In this document: positions 1 through 9,953 of the stretch, piece by piece
How the letters are laid out: each line of letters opens with the position of its first letter
Position numbering within the stretch: position 1 is the stretch's first letter
Assembly: GCA_023269825.1 (NCBI GenBank)
Contig: JAGDWI010000001.1
Span: 56,492-120,491 of the forward strand
Source: Desulfurococcaceae archaeon
GTDB taxonomy: Archaea > Thermoproteota > Thermoprotei_A > Sulfolobales > Desulfurococcaceae
Direction of reading: 5' to 3'
DNA: 64,000 bases
Notes under the pieces: model-generated
The model's database searches: none
Told to the model about the DNA's origin: nothing
The model's input: the letters and a program-made list of their open reading frames with translations, nothing else
Made by a program: the position numbers and the translations under genes

Positions 1-1166
1 ACTTTACACAACTTGAATCAATACTCGAGAATGAGGAAAGAAAAAAAGAATTAGAGAGACGATTTGAGTCATGGAGGAAAAGATTAGAGGAGCAAAGAAA
101 AATAATTGATGGCTTCAAACGAGAACTAAGTGAAATTGAGAGTAAACTAAATATGATATATGAGAATTATCAATCAATACAAGAAATTCTCGAATGCGCG
201 AGGAATACTAGGGAGAAGGAGGGATGGAGTGCAGTTGAGAAATGTAATGTTCAAAATTACGACCCTAAGAAAGGAGTAATTTACATAAAAGTGGGGGATA
301 CCGAGCTGCCTTTATCGATAAGACATACGCTGGAATCGCAAATCCTAGAGCTCGAGAAAGAGAAAGGCGAATTAGAGAAGAAAATAGAAAAAGCAATGGA
401 GGTCCTAAAGGAGCTTGAATCAAAATCCATAGATGCTGAGAAAGAGCTTTCAGTTAAAGTATACTCAAAACCGTCACCTTGGTTTTGGTATGATAGATTT
501 AGGTGGACTATAACTAGAGGGGGATTCCTAGTAATCGCTGGTAGAGATGCCTCACAAAACGAGGTCCTCGTTAGAAAATACCTAGGAGACGAAGATATTT
601 TTCTACATGCAGATATTCACGGTGCACCAGCAACAATATTACTAAAACAAGGCAAAGAACCTAGCATAGAGGACATAGAGGACGCCGCAGTCCTAGCAGC
701 CTGCTACTCTCGTGCATGGAAAGCCAATTATAGTTTCGTAGAGGTTTACTGGGTTAAAGGGAGTCAGGTATCAAAAACGCCTCCACCGGGTGAGTACCTC
801 GGTAAAGGCTCATTTATGATATATGGAGATCGAAACTATTTAAGAACAACTCTCTCGCTTGGTGTAGGTCTCAGGATTTTCTGCGATGACATATATGGTG
901 AATACGTAAGATTATTCGTCGGTAATCCCGAGCTGGTTAAGAAAGAGGCACTATCATACACTATAATAATTCCCGGAGAAAACGAACCCAGTAAACTGGC
1001 AAAACAAATTAGTCAGATACTACTAAGCAAGGCACAGGAGAAAACCGGGATCAAGTACATAGTGAATGAACACTTGGTTCAAGAGCTACTGCCCGGGTCT
1101 TCGAGGATAATAGAGTATGGAGTTGGTGAAGGTAAAGAAAAATGCGATGAAAGTAGATTTGACTAG
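1..1166 (+). CDS. C-terminal part of an archaeal NFACT/RqcH-like (FbpA, DUF814) ribosome-quality-control protein; the 5' end lies outside the window
   Basis: The frame of ORF 153..1166 stays open back to nt 3. A coiled-coil stretch is followed by a DUF814/NFACT-R-like block: WYDRFRWTITRGGFLVIAGRDASQNEVLVRKY...FLHADIHGAPATILL. Confidence 0.75.
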   Translation, partial: FTQLESILENEERKKELERRFESWRKRLEEQRKIIDGFKRELSEIESKLNMIYENYQSIQEILECARNTREKEGWSAVEKCNVQNYDPKKGVIYIKVGDTELPLSIRHTLESQILELEKEKGELEKKIEKAMEVLKELESKSIDAEKELSVKVYSKPSPWFWYDRFRWTITRGGFLVIAGRDASQNEVLVRKYLGDEDIFLHADIHGAPATILLKQGKEPSIEDIEDAAVLAACYSRAWKANYSFVEVYWVKGSQVSKTPPPGEYLGKGSFMIYGDRNYLRTTLSLGVGLRIFCDDIYGEYVRLFVGNPELVKKEALSYTIIIPGENEPSKLAKQISQILLSKAQEKTGIKYIVNEHLVQELLPGSSRIIEYGVGEGKEKCDESRFD

Positions 1167-1192
1167 TTTGAATGTATTTAAAATACAACATG

Positions 1193-1201
1193 TTTTATAA
1201 A
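1193..1201 (+). promoter_or_regulatory. TATA-box-like element (TTTTATAAA) upstream of the SAM synthetase gene
   Basis: The AT-rich TATA-like 9-mer ends 27 nt before the GTG at 1228. This spacing fits an archaeal promoter driving a short-leader or leaderless mRNA. Confidence 0.35.
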
Positions 1202-1227
1202 GGATACTTGAAAACTGATTTTGATAG

Positions 1228-2475
1228 GTGTTAACGGTGGGGGTTCACCGGAACATAGACATAGAGATTTTACACATGCAGAGCGTTAGAAATATGCGAG
1301 TAGAATTAGTTGAAAGAAAGGGTTTAGGTCACCCTGATTACATAGCCGACTCAGCTAGCGAGGCAGCTTCACGAGCACTATGTAGATATTATCTGAAAGA
1401 GTACGGAGCAATACTACATCATAATCTCGATAAAACACTCTTAGTAGGTGGACAAGCTAGTCCAAAATTCGGGGGCGGCGACGTTATTGAACCAATATAT
1501 ATCATTGTTGCCGGTAGAGCTACCACGGAAATTAGAATAAGTGGAGCCGTATATCAAATTCCATACGGTAAACTAGTAGTAGAAGCTGTGAAGGATTGGA
1601 TTCGGAAGAATTTTAGGTATCTTGATGCCGATAAACACGTGATTGTCGATTACAAGATCAGAAAGGGAAGCGCTGATCTCATCACTTTGTTTGAAACAGG
1701 TAAAGAACACACGGTTCTCGCCAACGATACGAGTATAGGAGTAGGTTTCGCTCCACTAACTCCTCTAGAGAAACTCGTGTATGAAACGGAGAGATTATTA
1801 AACAATAAGAGCTTTAAAGCAAAATATCCAGCGGTTGGAGAAGACGTAAAAGTTATGGGGTTACGTAGAGATAGCAAAATAATATTAACCATTGCAACAG
1901 CAATAATCGACAAAGAAGTCAAGGATAAATACGAATACCTGAAAGTCAAAGAAGAAATAGTTGAGGAGGTATTTAACTTAGCTCATAACTTGATACCAGA
2001 GTATAACGTTGAGGTATATGTAAATACAGCGGATATACCTGAACGAGATAGCTTCTACATAACAGTTACGGGTACATCAGCTGAGCACGGTGATGACGGG
2101 GAAACCGGTAGGGGCAACAGGGCCAATGGTTTAATAACGCCATTGAGACCTGTAAGCATGGAAGCTACTGCTGGTAAAAACCCTGTGAACCATGTTGGTA
2201 AAATATACAATGTTTTAGCACGATTAATTGCCGAGAAAATTTACTCTGATCACAGCGACAAGTTAAGCGATGTTTACGTTGAAATTCTTAGCCAAATAGG
2301 TAAGCCCATAGATCAACCATTAATAGCGAGCGTTAAAGTGATACCTCAAGATGCAAGTATTTTAGATCTACCTAGTAACGTTAAGAATGATATCATTGGA
2401 ATAGTTGATGAGTACCTAGCTAATATTAGGAAAATAACCGAGTTAATTATAAATGATCAAGTCACACTTTACTAG
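1228..2475 (+). CDS. mat: Archaeal-type S-adenosylmethionine synthetase (methionine adenosyltransferase)
   Basis: [14 protein letters not shown] near the N-terminus and a length of about 400 aa are typical of the archaeal MAT family. The true start may be the internal ATG at 1273 ([11 protein letters not shown]). Confidence 0.9.
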   Translation: MLTVGVHRNIDIEILHMQSVRNMRVELVERKGLGHPDYIADSASEAASRALCRYYLKEYGAILHHNLDKTLLVGGQASPKFGGGDVIEPIYIIVAGRATTEIRISGAVYQIPYGKLVVEAVKDWIRKNFRYLDADKHVIVDYKIRKGSADLITLFETGKEHTVLANDTSIGVGFAPLTPLEKLVYETERLLNNKSFKAKYPAVGEDVKVMGLRRDSKIILTIATAIIDKEVKDKYEYLKVKEEIVEEVFNLAHNLIPEYNVEVYVNTADIPERDSFYITVTGTSAEHGDDGETGRGNRANGLITPLRPVSMEATAGKNPVNHVGKIYNVLARLIAEKIYSDHSDKLSDVYVEILSQIGKPIDQPLIASVKVIPQDASILDLPSNVKNDIIGIVDEYLANIRKITELIINDQVTLY

Positions 2476-4363
2476 CGTCTCTGCGCGATTCCTGATATTC
2501 TTTGATCATCCTTAATATCCTTTCTTTTCTCTCATTAGCCTCAATTTCCTCTATTTTTCTCCACATATTATCGATTTCCTTAACTAAGCTCTCCTCAACT
2601 AATACGTACTCTCCAAGATCCAATAATGGATCAGCCCTAATTATAGGTACACGTATATCATCCCAATTTAATGTTTCAAACTCCTTTGAGACAATTAAAC
2701 CTGTTCTATACATCTTAGCGTATTTGATACACTCCTCAATGTGTAAAGCATTATCAACGTATACTGGGAGATTTCTACAATCGTTAACGTAACTAGATTT
2801 ACATGCAATTGTCACTTTTCCTAACGCTGTGTCAACTATGATTCTTTGCAGCGACATTATCTTGTCTCGAAGGAACTCTATGATACTGTTTTTCTCCGTG
2901 ATTGCTTTCTTTAATGATTCATTTTCCATTTGGAGCTGATTTATCTTCCTATCGTATTCTTCACTGACGGGTCTTCTTCGAAGGAGTCTAAGTTCGAGTT
3001 CAAGGTTTTCGATTAACTCATCACGTGCTCTTAGCGCTTCTTCGAGTCTTTTAACCGTGTTCTCTAGTTCTATGATCCTCGCTTGGAGTTTTTGCATATC
3101 TTCAGTGTTTACAGTTAGCTTTCTTCTCTCTACTCGAGTACGTTGTTCTTCTGATTCATGGCGCGTTAAAATCTTCATAAAAGCCTCTTCGAGTACTTCA
3201 GATAACGGTCTACCCTTCAATATTTGTAAAACTACTTCATCGCGGTTTAAACCATTGATACCCCTTATCTTAGATTCTACTTCTTCTATGAGAGGTTTAA
3301 CCTGTTTGTAAGCTTTTATCGCAGCTGATAAAGCATCTCGTGCATGAGTATCTGGGACCTCTACATTATATGAAGCCACGTATTCATTAACTAATCTCTG
3401 TTTTTCATCAACGCTCAAGTCCTCGTCTGGGTAATATAGTATCGCGTTTAACGTCGACGCTATTTTCTTAGCGTACTCGGGCGGCTTCGCTACATCTACT
3501 GACACTATAACAGGTTTACCTATAGCTAGGATTGTTTCTATGACTTTTTCTCTATCAGGGTTCTTATAGCTATAAACAAACAACGGGTTTCCATCAAGGT
3601 CTAATGCTGCTATACCTATACTTGTGCCGGGATCTATTCCTACGATCACGTTTCTCTTTAATTCTCTAATAGATTTACTTCTATATGCTGGTTTTATTTT
3701 TATTTTTACGTTTTTATGGTCTAGAGGTGAAACAATTTCTCGGACTTTTTCCAGAGGTGCATAGACTATGAAGAACCCTCTCTCTAGTCCTCCATCGCTT
3801 TCCTTTACGACTAGATCGTAGTCCAACTCGTTCTTATCCAGTACTTCCTTTATCTCCTTTACTAATTGAAGTACTGATGCTCTTATGCTTCGCTTGAATC
3901 TATCAGTACTACTACCTCCCTGGGTGGGTGTTCTCCCCTTCGATACTACAATGTATACTCTATCCGAAGTCAACTTAACTTCTTTACCAATGCCTTTATA
4001 CGCTGCGTAAGCAACTACGAGGGCTGTATCAATTGGCGAGAGATTTGTCTGACCCAACCCGAGTCGTTGAGCTAACTCCTCGGTTTTAATGTATGTATCT
4101 CCAGTGTTTGTAACTTCTACAACTTTACACCATGATGGGATTATTTTGGACAACCTCGCGAGATCTCGCGAGTTTTTCGCTATTTCGCTTAGATTATCTA
4201 CTGCTAAAACATCGACATGGTATTCTATAATTAATCTTATCGCGTTATATAACGTGATGTTGTCTAATTTATCGATGACTTCTCCATCTCTCAATATGAC
4301 TACAGCGTATCTAGGTGGCCGATTTGACCTTGGAGAATGTCCTGGTTTAATATCAATACCCAT
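2462..4363 (-). CDS. Conserved archaeal protein of the COG2433/DUF460 type: RNase H-fold (RuvC/YqgF-like) domain plus a long coiled coil
   Basis: 633 aa. VIVGIDPGTSIGIAALDLDGNPL resembles the first strand and acidic motif of RuvC/YqgF-like nucleases. The central region (ELENTVKRLEEALRARDELIENLELELRLLRRR) is heptad-rich. Confidence 0.6.
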   Translation of the reverse strand: MGIDIKPGHSPRSNRPPRYAVVILRDGEVIDKLDNITLYNAIRLIIEYHVDVLAVDNLSEIAKNSRDLARLSKIIPSWCKVVEVTNTGDTYIKTEELAQRLGLGQTNLSPIDTALVVAYAAYKGIGKEVKLTSDRVYIVVSKGRTPTQGGSSTDRFKRSIRASVLQLVKEIKEVLDKNELDYDLVVKESDGGLERGFFIVYAPLEKVREIVSPLDHKNVKIKIKPAYRSKSIRELKRNVIVGIDPGTSIGIAALDLDGNPLFVYSYKNPDREKVIETILAIGKPVIVSVDVAKPPEYAKKIASTLNAILYYPDEDLSVDEKQRLVNEYVASYNVEVPDTHARDALSAAIKAYKQVKPLIEEVESKIRGINGLNRDEVVLQILKGRPLSEVLEEAFMKILTRHESEEQRTRVERRKLTVNTEDMQKLQARIIELENTVKRLEEALRARDELIENLELELRLLRRRPVSEEYDRKINQLQMENESLKKAITEKNSIIEFLRDKIMSLQRIIVDTALGKVTIACKSSYVNDCRNLPVYVDNALHIEECIKYAKMYRTGLIVSKEFETLNWDDIRVPIIRADPLLDLGEYVLVEESLVKEIDNMWRKIEEIEANERKERILRMIKEYQESRRDASKV

Positions 4364-4431
4364 TACTGTGACGATGCGCCCACCCTGCTTAAACTTATTT
4401 GTTATAATGGTAGTTATATTTTTAATATTAG

Positions 4432-5325
4432 TTAACCTAAATGATTACCCATAATTATCGTGTTGAATACGGATTCAGGCTCCAGGCTTGTTCCATATAC
4501 TTTATTGAAGAACTTTACTATGTAGAATACGTCGCGTTTCAGTAGGTCTCTTGCACTAGGGTCTTCGCGGTAAACGTATTGAGGCCAATCAATGATGAAT
4601 GGTTTTTCATCGGATTTTCGGATAAGTACATTGTACTCACTTAAGTCCCCGTGAATAATGCCTGCTCTATGATAGGCAATTGTCAACGTGAATAGTATTT
4701 CACTTAGTACTTTACCAGGGTTATCGAGGCTGGGTCTCCTATATAGTTCAACACCTTCAATGAACTCCGTAACGACAACATGTCTATTATAACCAGTAGG
4801 GTTTGGAACATGCGCCTTATAAGAAGCCAACTCCTTTATCGCTTTAAATTCTCTTTCAGCAGCGATTTTGGATTGCTCATACCATGATGTTTGAGGTTTA
4901 TCCCGTGCCCACACTCTTACTCTCATGGTTTGCCTAAAACTTGTTTTACCGATTCGAATAAATTTCACGGCTACCTGTAGTCCTCCCGGAGCTAAACCTA
5001 AGTAAATTTCACTCTCTTTTCCTACTCCAATTCTATCTCCTATTGCTTCCAGGATGTTTGCTTTAGCTAATGAACGTATTGCTAACATATCGTAGCCGAG
5101 GTAAGTTAAACGATACATCTTTTCCCCGCTTATAGTCTCTCTTTTAACTAGTTTCAGGTCATGTAGTTTCCTAAGTACTAATTGGAGTTTTTCTTCGTAT
5201 ATTCCACTAATTTTCTCGATTACTTGTAGGGGTGCATATTCCCTATTCGTCAAAGATCTCTCTAGAGCTAGCAGTACTTTGAAATCTTCATCAGTTAAAC
5301 TCTTGTATATTAATCCCATGTTCAA
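4432..5325 (-). CDS. rio2: RIO-type serine/threonine kinase, Rio2 subfamily (N-terminal winged helix plus RIO domain)
   Basis: An N-terminal wHTH-like 90 aa is followed by the kinase motifs VAVKF..R, IIHGDLSEYNVL and IIDWPQ. Confidence 0.85.
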   Translation of the reverse strand: MNMGLIYKSLTDEDFKVLLALERSLTNREYAPLQVIEKISGIYEEKLQLVLRKLHDLKLVKRETISGEKMYRLTYLGYDMLAIRSLAKANILEAIGDRIGVGKESEIYLGLAPGGLQVAVKFIRIGKTSFRQTMRVRVWARDKPQTSWYEQSKIAAEREFKAIKELASYKAHVPNPTGYNRHVVVTEFIEGVELYRRPSLDNPGKVLSEILFTLTIAYHRAGIIHGDLSEYNVLIRKSDEKPFIIDWPQYVYREDPSARDLLKRDVFYIVKFFNKVYGTSLEPESVFNTIIMGNHLG

Positions 5326-5425
5326 TACTATCGCCGATTACCATGAACTGACTCCTTGTCCTTGAAATAATATGTGATATTAACTTATATCATCTTGGTA
5401 CTAGGAGTAGTAGGGTGAACGGTGA

Positions 5426-6418
5426 TTGAGTAAAATACTCGAAGACACTACTGTTTATAAGTGTAGGAAATGCGGTAGAAGAGCTGATGTTAAAGTCACC
5501 TACGCAAAGCTTTTACTATGTGGAGACCATTTCCTAGATTACATCGAGAACAGAGTACTGAATTCAATTAGAAAATACAAGATGTTGAATAATGTGAGAA
5601 AAATCCTCGTAGCATTATCGGGTGGAAAAGACAGTTTAAGCTTACTCTACATATTGAGTAGAATAAGGAATCAGCTGGGATTAGATGAAATAGTGGGTGT
5701 CCACATAGATCTTGGTTTAGGCGCTTACTCTGATGAATCGAGAATCCTTGTTGAAAAAGCATGTAGAGATACTAACATACAATGCACTATATTATCTCTA
5801 AAAGAGCTCACAGGGCACACTCTACCTGAACTAGTTGAAATAACTCGGAGACCACCTTGCAGTCTATGCGGGTCATTCAAAAGATACTTGATTAATTTAC
5901 TTGCAGTGGAACTTGGCGTCGATGCAGTTATCCTTGGACACCACATGGATGATATACTGGTTTTTGCAATTAAGGATTTCCTGTTTCAAGATATGGTTGA
6001 TTTAGCTAAGATGACACCAGTCTCAACCGGGATTCAGGGTTTTTTAGCAAAGAAGATTAAATTACTCTATGAAATATACGAGGATGACTTATACTCTTAC
6101 GCGTACTTCAGTAAAATTAAGACAACGGGGACACAGTGCCCCTTCAAATACATGGATCCATTTAAAATCGCTATTAGAAAAATGCTCGATGAACTAGAAG
6201 AATACGCGCCTGGATTCAAGATATCCATAGCGAGAAAACTCGCGGAAACACTTGGGGAATCACGGGAATCTGAAGCAATTCAACCATGTAAATACTGTGG
6301 AATGCCATCAAAAAACGGGGTATGCGGTATTTGTAATTTAACAATGAAAATATATGGAGAGCCGCTTGGACCAAAAATAAGAACTAAAATAAGAGAAAAG
6401 TACTGTTTTACGAGGTAA
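5426..6418 (+). CDS. PP-loop ATPase of the TtuA/Ncs6 tRNA 2-thiolation family
   Basis: PP-loop ALSGGKDSLSL. CxxC zinc-finger pairs sit at the N-terminus (CRKCGRR) and the C-terminus (CKYCG...CGIC). Confidence 0.8.
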   Translation: MSKILEDTTVYKCRKCGRRADVKVTYAKLLLCGDHFLDYIENRVLNSIRKYKMLNNVRKILVALSGGKDSLSLLYILSRIRNQLGLDEIVGVHIDLGLGAYSDESRILVEKACRDTNIQCTILSLKELTGHTLPELVEITRRPPCSLCGSFKRYLINLLAVELGVDAVILGHHMDDILVFAIKDFLFQDMVDLAKMTPVSTGIQGFLAKKIKLLYEIYEDDLYSYAYFSKIKTTGTQCPFKYMDPFKIAIRKMLDELEEYAPGFKISIARKLAETLGESRESEAIQPCKYCGMPSKNGVCGICNLTMKIYGEPLGPKIRTKIREKYCFTR

Positions 6419-6553
6419 GGTTCCCCATATTTGTTATTTGTTCGAGATTAATCTTACCGCTCTCATCGAAATTTCAGTGACTCTATTTGTGGGATAAAAG
6501 TAGGACAATAGTAAAATTTAAAAGCTCCACCCTACATACGTTGGGCTGGGCTC

Positions 6554-7942
6554 TTGAAAGGAGAGCAATATTTAGAACAAATACCAAAAGAAAAAAGACT
6601 ATATGGTACAGTGACTTTTTCCTGGATGATGTTCAGCATGAATGTATGTATACCACTATTTTTTCTAGGAACCATTGGCTACAACCTCGGACTGAACCCT
6701 TTAGAGGTAGCTGTAGGAGCACTCCTAGGTAACCTAGCGACTGTTATAGTAATGATCTTAAACGGTGTTCCAGGAGTAAAGTATGGTATACCATACCCAG
6801 TGCAATTGAAGCCGAGCTGGGGTACAAAGGGTTCACATATACCCGTCATATTGAGAGGAATTGTTGGTGCTGGCTGGTACGGAATAGAGGCTTATAACGC
6901 TAGTCTAGCAATCACTATGATAGCGTTATTCATGGTTGGTTACGGGGGTGGAAAACCACCTGTAATAGTGCAGAGCTCATTCAAATATATAGTAATAGCT
7001 CTAGCTGTATACGTTATACTCGCTACAGTAACTGTTGCAAAAGGATTAAGAACAATCGCTAAAGTCATAAACATCTCGGGGCCACTGCTACTATTATACT
7101 TTATTTGGCTAACTATCTATCTAGGTAACCAAGGAGCAGTAAACACTGTTGTTCGAAGCGGAGCTGGGTTCTTCTCCAAGGAATTTGCCCTGTATCTTGC
7201 TGTTCAAACAAACTTTTGGGCCACCGTGTGCCTAAACATAAGTGATCTCGCGAGAGGATTATATGCGGATAAGCGTGGATTAAGAGCATTAGTTATTGGG
7301 CCAGTACTAGGAATCATAGTAACTTCAGTGGTTGCATCAATACAGGGATACTACATGACTTTATATACAGGTTACAGTACTCCTCAAGAAATAATATTGT
7401 ACGCGGCTCCAGGGTTCATAGCAGTTATTTTAGGGCAAATATTCGCTTTCCTTGCACCATTTAGTACAGATGTTACTGCGAATATCCCAGCATTAATGAA
7501 TATAATAGAATATAGTTTGAAAATGAACAAGTATAAGCTGATAGCTGTAGCATTAATAGGATTCATTCTTGCACCATGGTGGGCTGTGGAGAAAGGCCCT
7601 GATGTTGTCAACTATGTGACAGCTTTTACAGCGAGTTACGGGATTTTACTTGGCCCAATAGCTGGCATCATGCTCGCAGATTACTACATAGTTAAGCGGA
7701 GAGACTACGATGTTGAAAAATTGTACAACGATGATCCAAACGGCTATTGGTATAGGAACGGCTTCAACTACGCTGCTATAATAGCTTACATTGTATCAGT
7801 GGTTGGCATATACTTATTCAGTTACGCGATAGGCGACGTAACGAGATTAGGGCCACTAGTTTTTCCAACAAACTTAAGCTGGTATTTTGGAGTAGTACTA
7901 GCAACGTTACTATACCCCTTATTCTCGAAATTGTTTAAATAA
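6554..7942 (+). CDS. NCS1-family nucleobase:cation symporter (cytosine/purine/uracil/thiamine/allantoin permease family)
   Basis: 462 aa with about 12 predicted TM helices. The overall pattern (WMMFSMNVCIPLF, GIEAYNASLAI) resembles NCS1 permeases. Confidence 0.7.
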   Translation: MKGEQYLEQIPKEKRLYGTVTFSWMMFSMNVCIPLFFLGTIGYNLGLNPLEVAVGALLGNLATVIVMILNGVPGVKYGIPYPVQLKPSWGTKGSHIPVILRGIVGAGWYGIEAYNASLAITMIALFMVGYGGGKPPVIVQSSFKYIVIALAVYVILATVTVAKGLRTIAKVINISGPLLLLYFIWLTIYLGNQGAVNTVVRSGAGFFSKEFALYLAVQTNFWATVCLNISDLARGLYADKRGLRALVIGPVLGIIVTSVVASIQGYYMTLYTGYSTPQEIILYAAPGFIAVILGQIFAFLAPFSTDVTANIPALMNIIEYSLKMNKYKLIAVALIGFILAPWWAVEKGPDVVNYVTAFTASYGILLGPIAGIMLADYYIVKRRDYDVEKLYNDDPNGYWYRNGFNYAAIIAYIVSVVGIYLFSYAIGDVTRLGPLVFPTNLSWYFGVVLATLLYPLFSKLFK

Positions 7943-7948
7943 AAAAGA

Positions 7949-7956
7949 TTTTTTTT
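7949..7956 (+). terminator. Oligo-T tract (T8) just downstream of the permease stop codon
   Basis: TTTTTTTT lies 7 nt after the TAA at 7940-7942. Archaeal intrinsic termination uses oligo-T runs. Confidence 0.45.
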
Positions 7957-8045
7957 GTTTAACGTAATTTCATTCATTAATCAATTTATGAAGTGGCCTG
8001 TGTTTAAACAGTCAAACAAGCGGAAAATGTTTTTATTGATGTAGA

Positions 8046-9470
8046 TCATTTGAGGAACATTTGCTCGTATTGTCTTAAGTATTCTACACTTGTTGAAACA
8101 TCTATGAATAACTTGGAGGCTTGTTCCACATCCTGTAATTCTATTCTCTGGGATCCTCTATCTTCAGCGATAATTCGCGCCGGCTCTAATAATTGTACTG
8201 CGTAGCGAAGACTCCTTTTCACGCCGAGATCTACTAGTTTATCTAACGCCTCTTTCGAGAGCTCGATCTCCATTTCCTCAGCTCTAATTAAGATTATTTC
8301 TTTTACTTCATCAGCATTATATGGTCTCGTTGGAATGATTAACAACCTGTCCAATAAGTCGAGAGGCATGCCGTGAGGTGACTCAATATCTGTTCCTCTT
8401 ATTTTCGCGAACCCTCTATTCGTGGCTAAAATGATGATGGGCGCAAACTCGCTTTCCATAGCTCTCGTTAGGAAACTAAAAGCCTCTATGTCCAGCATGT
8501 GTGCATCGTCTATGAATAATACGCCGGGAACTAGTTCAGCTTTCTTTTGGTCAAGCCATTTCTTAATTGTTTCATCCACGTCTCTTCTAACCTCGCTGGG
8601 TATCTCGCGTTCAAACGTTAACCCGAAGAAACTTACGAGAGATCTCTGTGTAGCGAAGTAAACATCTAGGTCGTGTAAGGTAAGAACAGTTACTATTTCT
8701 TTTTCTTTCTTGACGGATCCTTTAGGTATTTCAACTACTTTCTTGACTTCTATGTCGTATGTCCTCGCTCCCTCAAGCTCCTTGGTTCTTCCCACGCGGT
8801 GAACTCTGCCTGTTTCAGCGTCAATCCATATTACATCTCCTTTCCTAATGCCTAGTTCGATTACTTGTTGCGTGACTTCCTCCGGTACCGTGAGTGTGAC
8901 TTCTTCATCTTTCGTAGCTAGAGTGATTTTTGCCTCCACGGGTATGGCGTAGTAGGGGACCATTGGGTGTCTTGATCTCCTGATTTTAACCTCCTTAACA
9001 ACTCCTTCGTAAACTTTTCTAACTTCCTTTACTCTAACTCCTAGCGATTTCCTAACTGCCTCCATTAATACCTCTGTTTTCTTTCTCTCTGTACTATATA
9101 TCTCGCTACCAGACATCATGACGAAGGGAGTGTCTTCGCCTAGTTCTCTTGCAATAGCAACCGCTAAAGCGGTTTTACCTGTACCTGGTGGTCCCACAAA
9201 TAGTATACCGCGCCCAGCCATTTTACCTTCTTTAATCATTTTAACCACTATGCCTGCAGCTTCGCGTGCTTCGATTTGGCCTACTAATCCATCTGCTTTG
9301 AAGACGGCTTTACCTTTCTCGTCTAAACCTAAACCCCTAATGTGACTATGTGAACCTATTCTGCGTCTTGCTACAGTTTCCACTCTTATCCCTATTCCAC
9401 TCACATAGAACACCCTGCAAGCTTTACTAGTTTTCATTAATAAGAAATAATGAAATAGAGTTTTTAACAT
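8046..9470 (-). CDS. TIP49 / RuvB-like AAA+ ATPase (TBP-interacting protein homologue)
   Basis: RIGSHSHIRGLGLDE, Walker A GPPGTGKTALAVAIA, Walker B VLFIDDAHMLD, and an inserted OB-like domain II. The true start is probably downstream of 9470, for example M12 at 9437. Confidence 0.85.
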   Translation of the reverse strand: MLKTLFHYFLLMKTSKACRVFYVSGIGIRVETVARRRIGSHSHIRGLGLDEKGKAVFKADGLVGQIEAREAAGIVVKMIKEGKMAGRGILFVGPPGTGKTALAVAIARELGEDTPFVMMSGSEIYSTERKKTEVLMEAVRKSLGVRVKEVRKVYEGVVKEVKIRRSRHPMVPYYAIPVEAKITLATKDEEVTLTVPEEVTQQVIELGIRKGDVIWIDAETGRVHRVGRTKELEGARTYDIEVKKVVEIPKGSVKKEKEIVTVLTLHDLDVYFATQRSLVSFFGLTFEREIPSEVRRDVDETIKKWLDQKKAELVPGVLFIDDAHMLDIEAFSFLTRAMESEFAPIIILATNRGFAKIRGTDIESPHGMPLDLLDRLLIIPTRPYNADEVKEIILIRAEEMEIELSKEALDKLVDLGVKRSLRYAVQLLEPARIIAEDRGSQRIELQDVEQASKLFIDVSTSVEYLRQYEQMFLK

Positions 9471-9471
9471 A

Positions 9472-9828
9472 TTAACAATTGTTCAACTCAATAGGGATTT
9501 CAATGGGTTTTCCATCTCTACACATCCATACTTTACTCTCTCCGGTTAAAGAACTGATGATCAACCATGGTATAAGCCAGGTTTTCATGTTGCGTATGTC
9601 TAATAGACTTGGCTCCGGTGATTCTGGATGAGTATGAACAAGTAGAACTATAGTCTTATTCAGTGATTCAGCTTTTTTATACACTGTGTAAATGCATAGG
9701 GGATCAGCTTTGAACAATGTTTCCGGGTTTTCCGATATATTTGGGCATTCATCAATCTCTTCAACTATAAGTTCTTTCTCGGTTAAGTGCCCGGTACCTA
9801 TGAATACTCTTTCCAATGAGCTCTCCAT
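9472..9828 (-). CDS. Small stand-alone JAB1/MPN (JAMM-like) metalloprotease-domain protein
   Basis: The VLLVHTHPESPEPSLLD motif is HxH...SxxD, with a linker one residue shorter than the canonical JAMM motif. I chose the start at M73 (MESSLERV) of track ORF 9472..10044, because the longer ORF overlaps the divergent gene at 9954. Confidence 0.55.
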   Translation of the reverse strand: MESSLERVFIGTGHLTEKELIVEEIDECPNISENPETLFKADPLCIYTVYKKAESLNKTIVLLVHTHPESPEPSLLDIRNMKTWLIPWLIISSLTGESKVWMCRDGKPIEIPIELNNC

Positions 9829-9953
9829 AGCTTTATTTGTTAACTCTCTCAACTGAGTGCTACAAATTTTTAGTTTCAACCCATATTGCCCTCTTATATA
9901 AGACTTGAATAAATATCGGTATTTAAGATTGTTAATATAAGTCATGTATTTGA

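Noticed and set aside
6419-6553. Leader of the NCS1 permease gene, checked for a TPP or purine riboswitch.
   Set aside because: No CUGAGA / ACCUGAUCUGGAUAAUGCCAGCG-like TPP core or purine-riboswitch junction motifs are present. ORF 6487-6732 in this region merely overlaps the real permease start.
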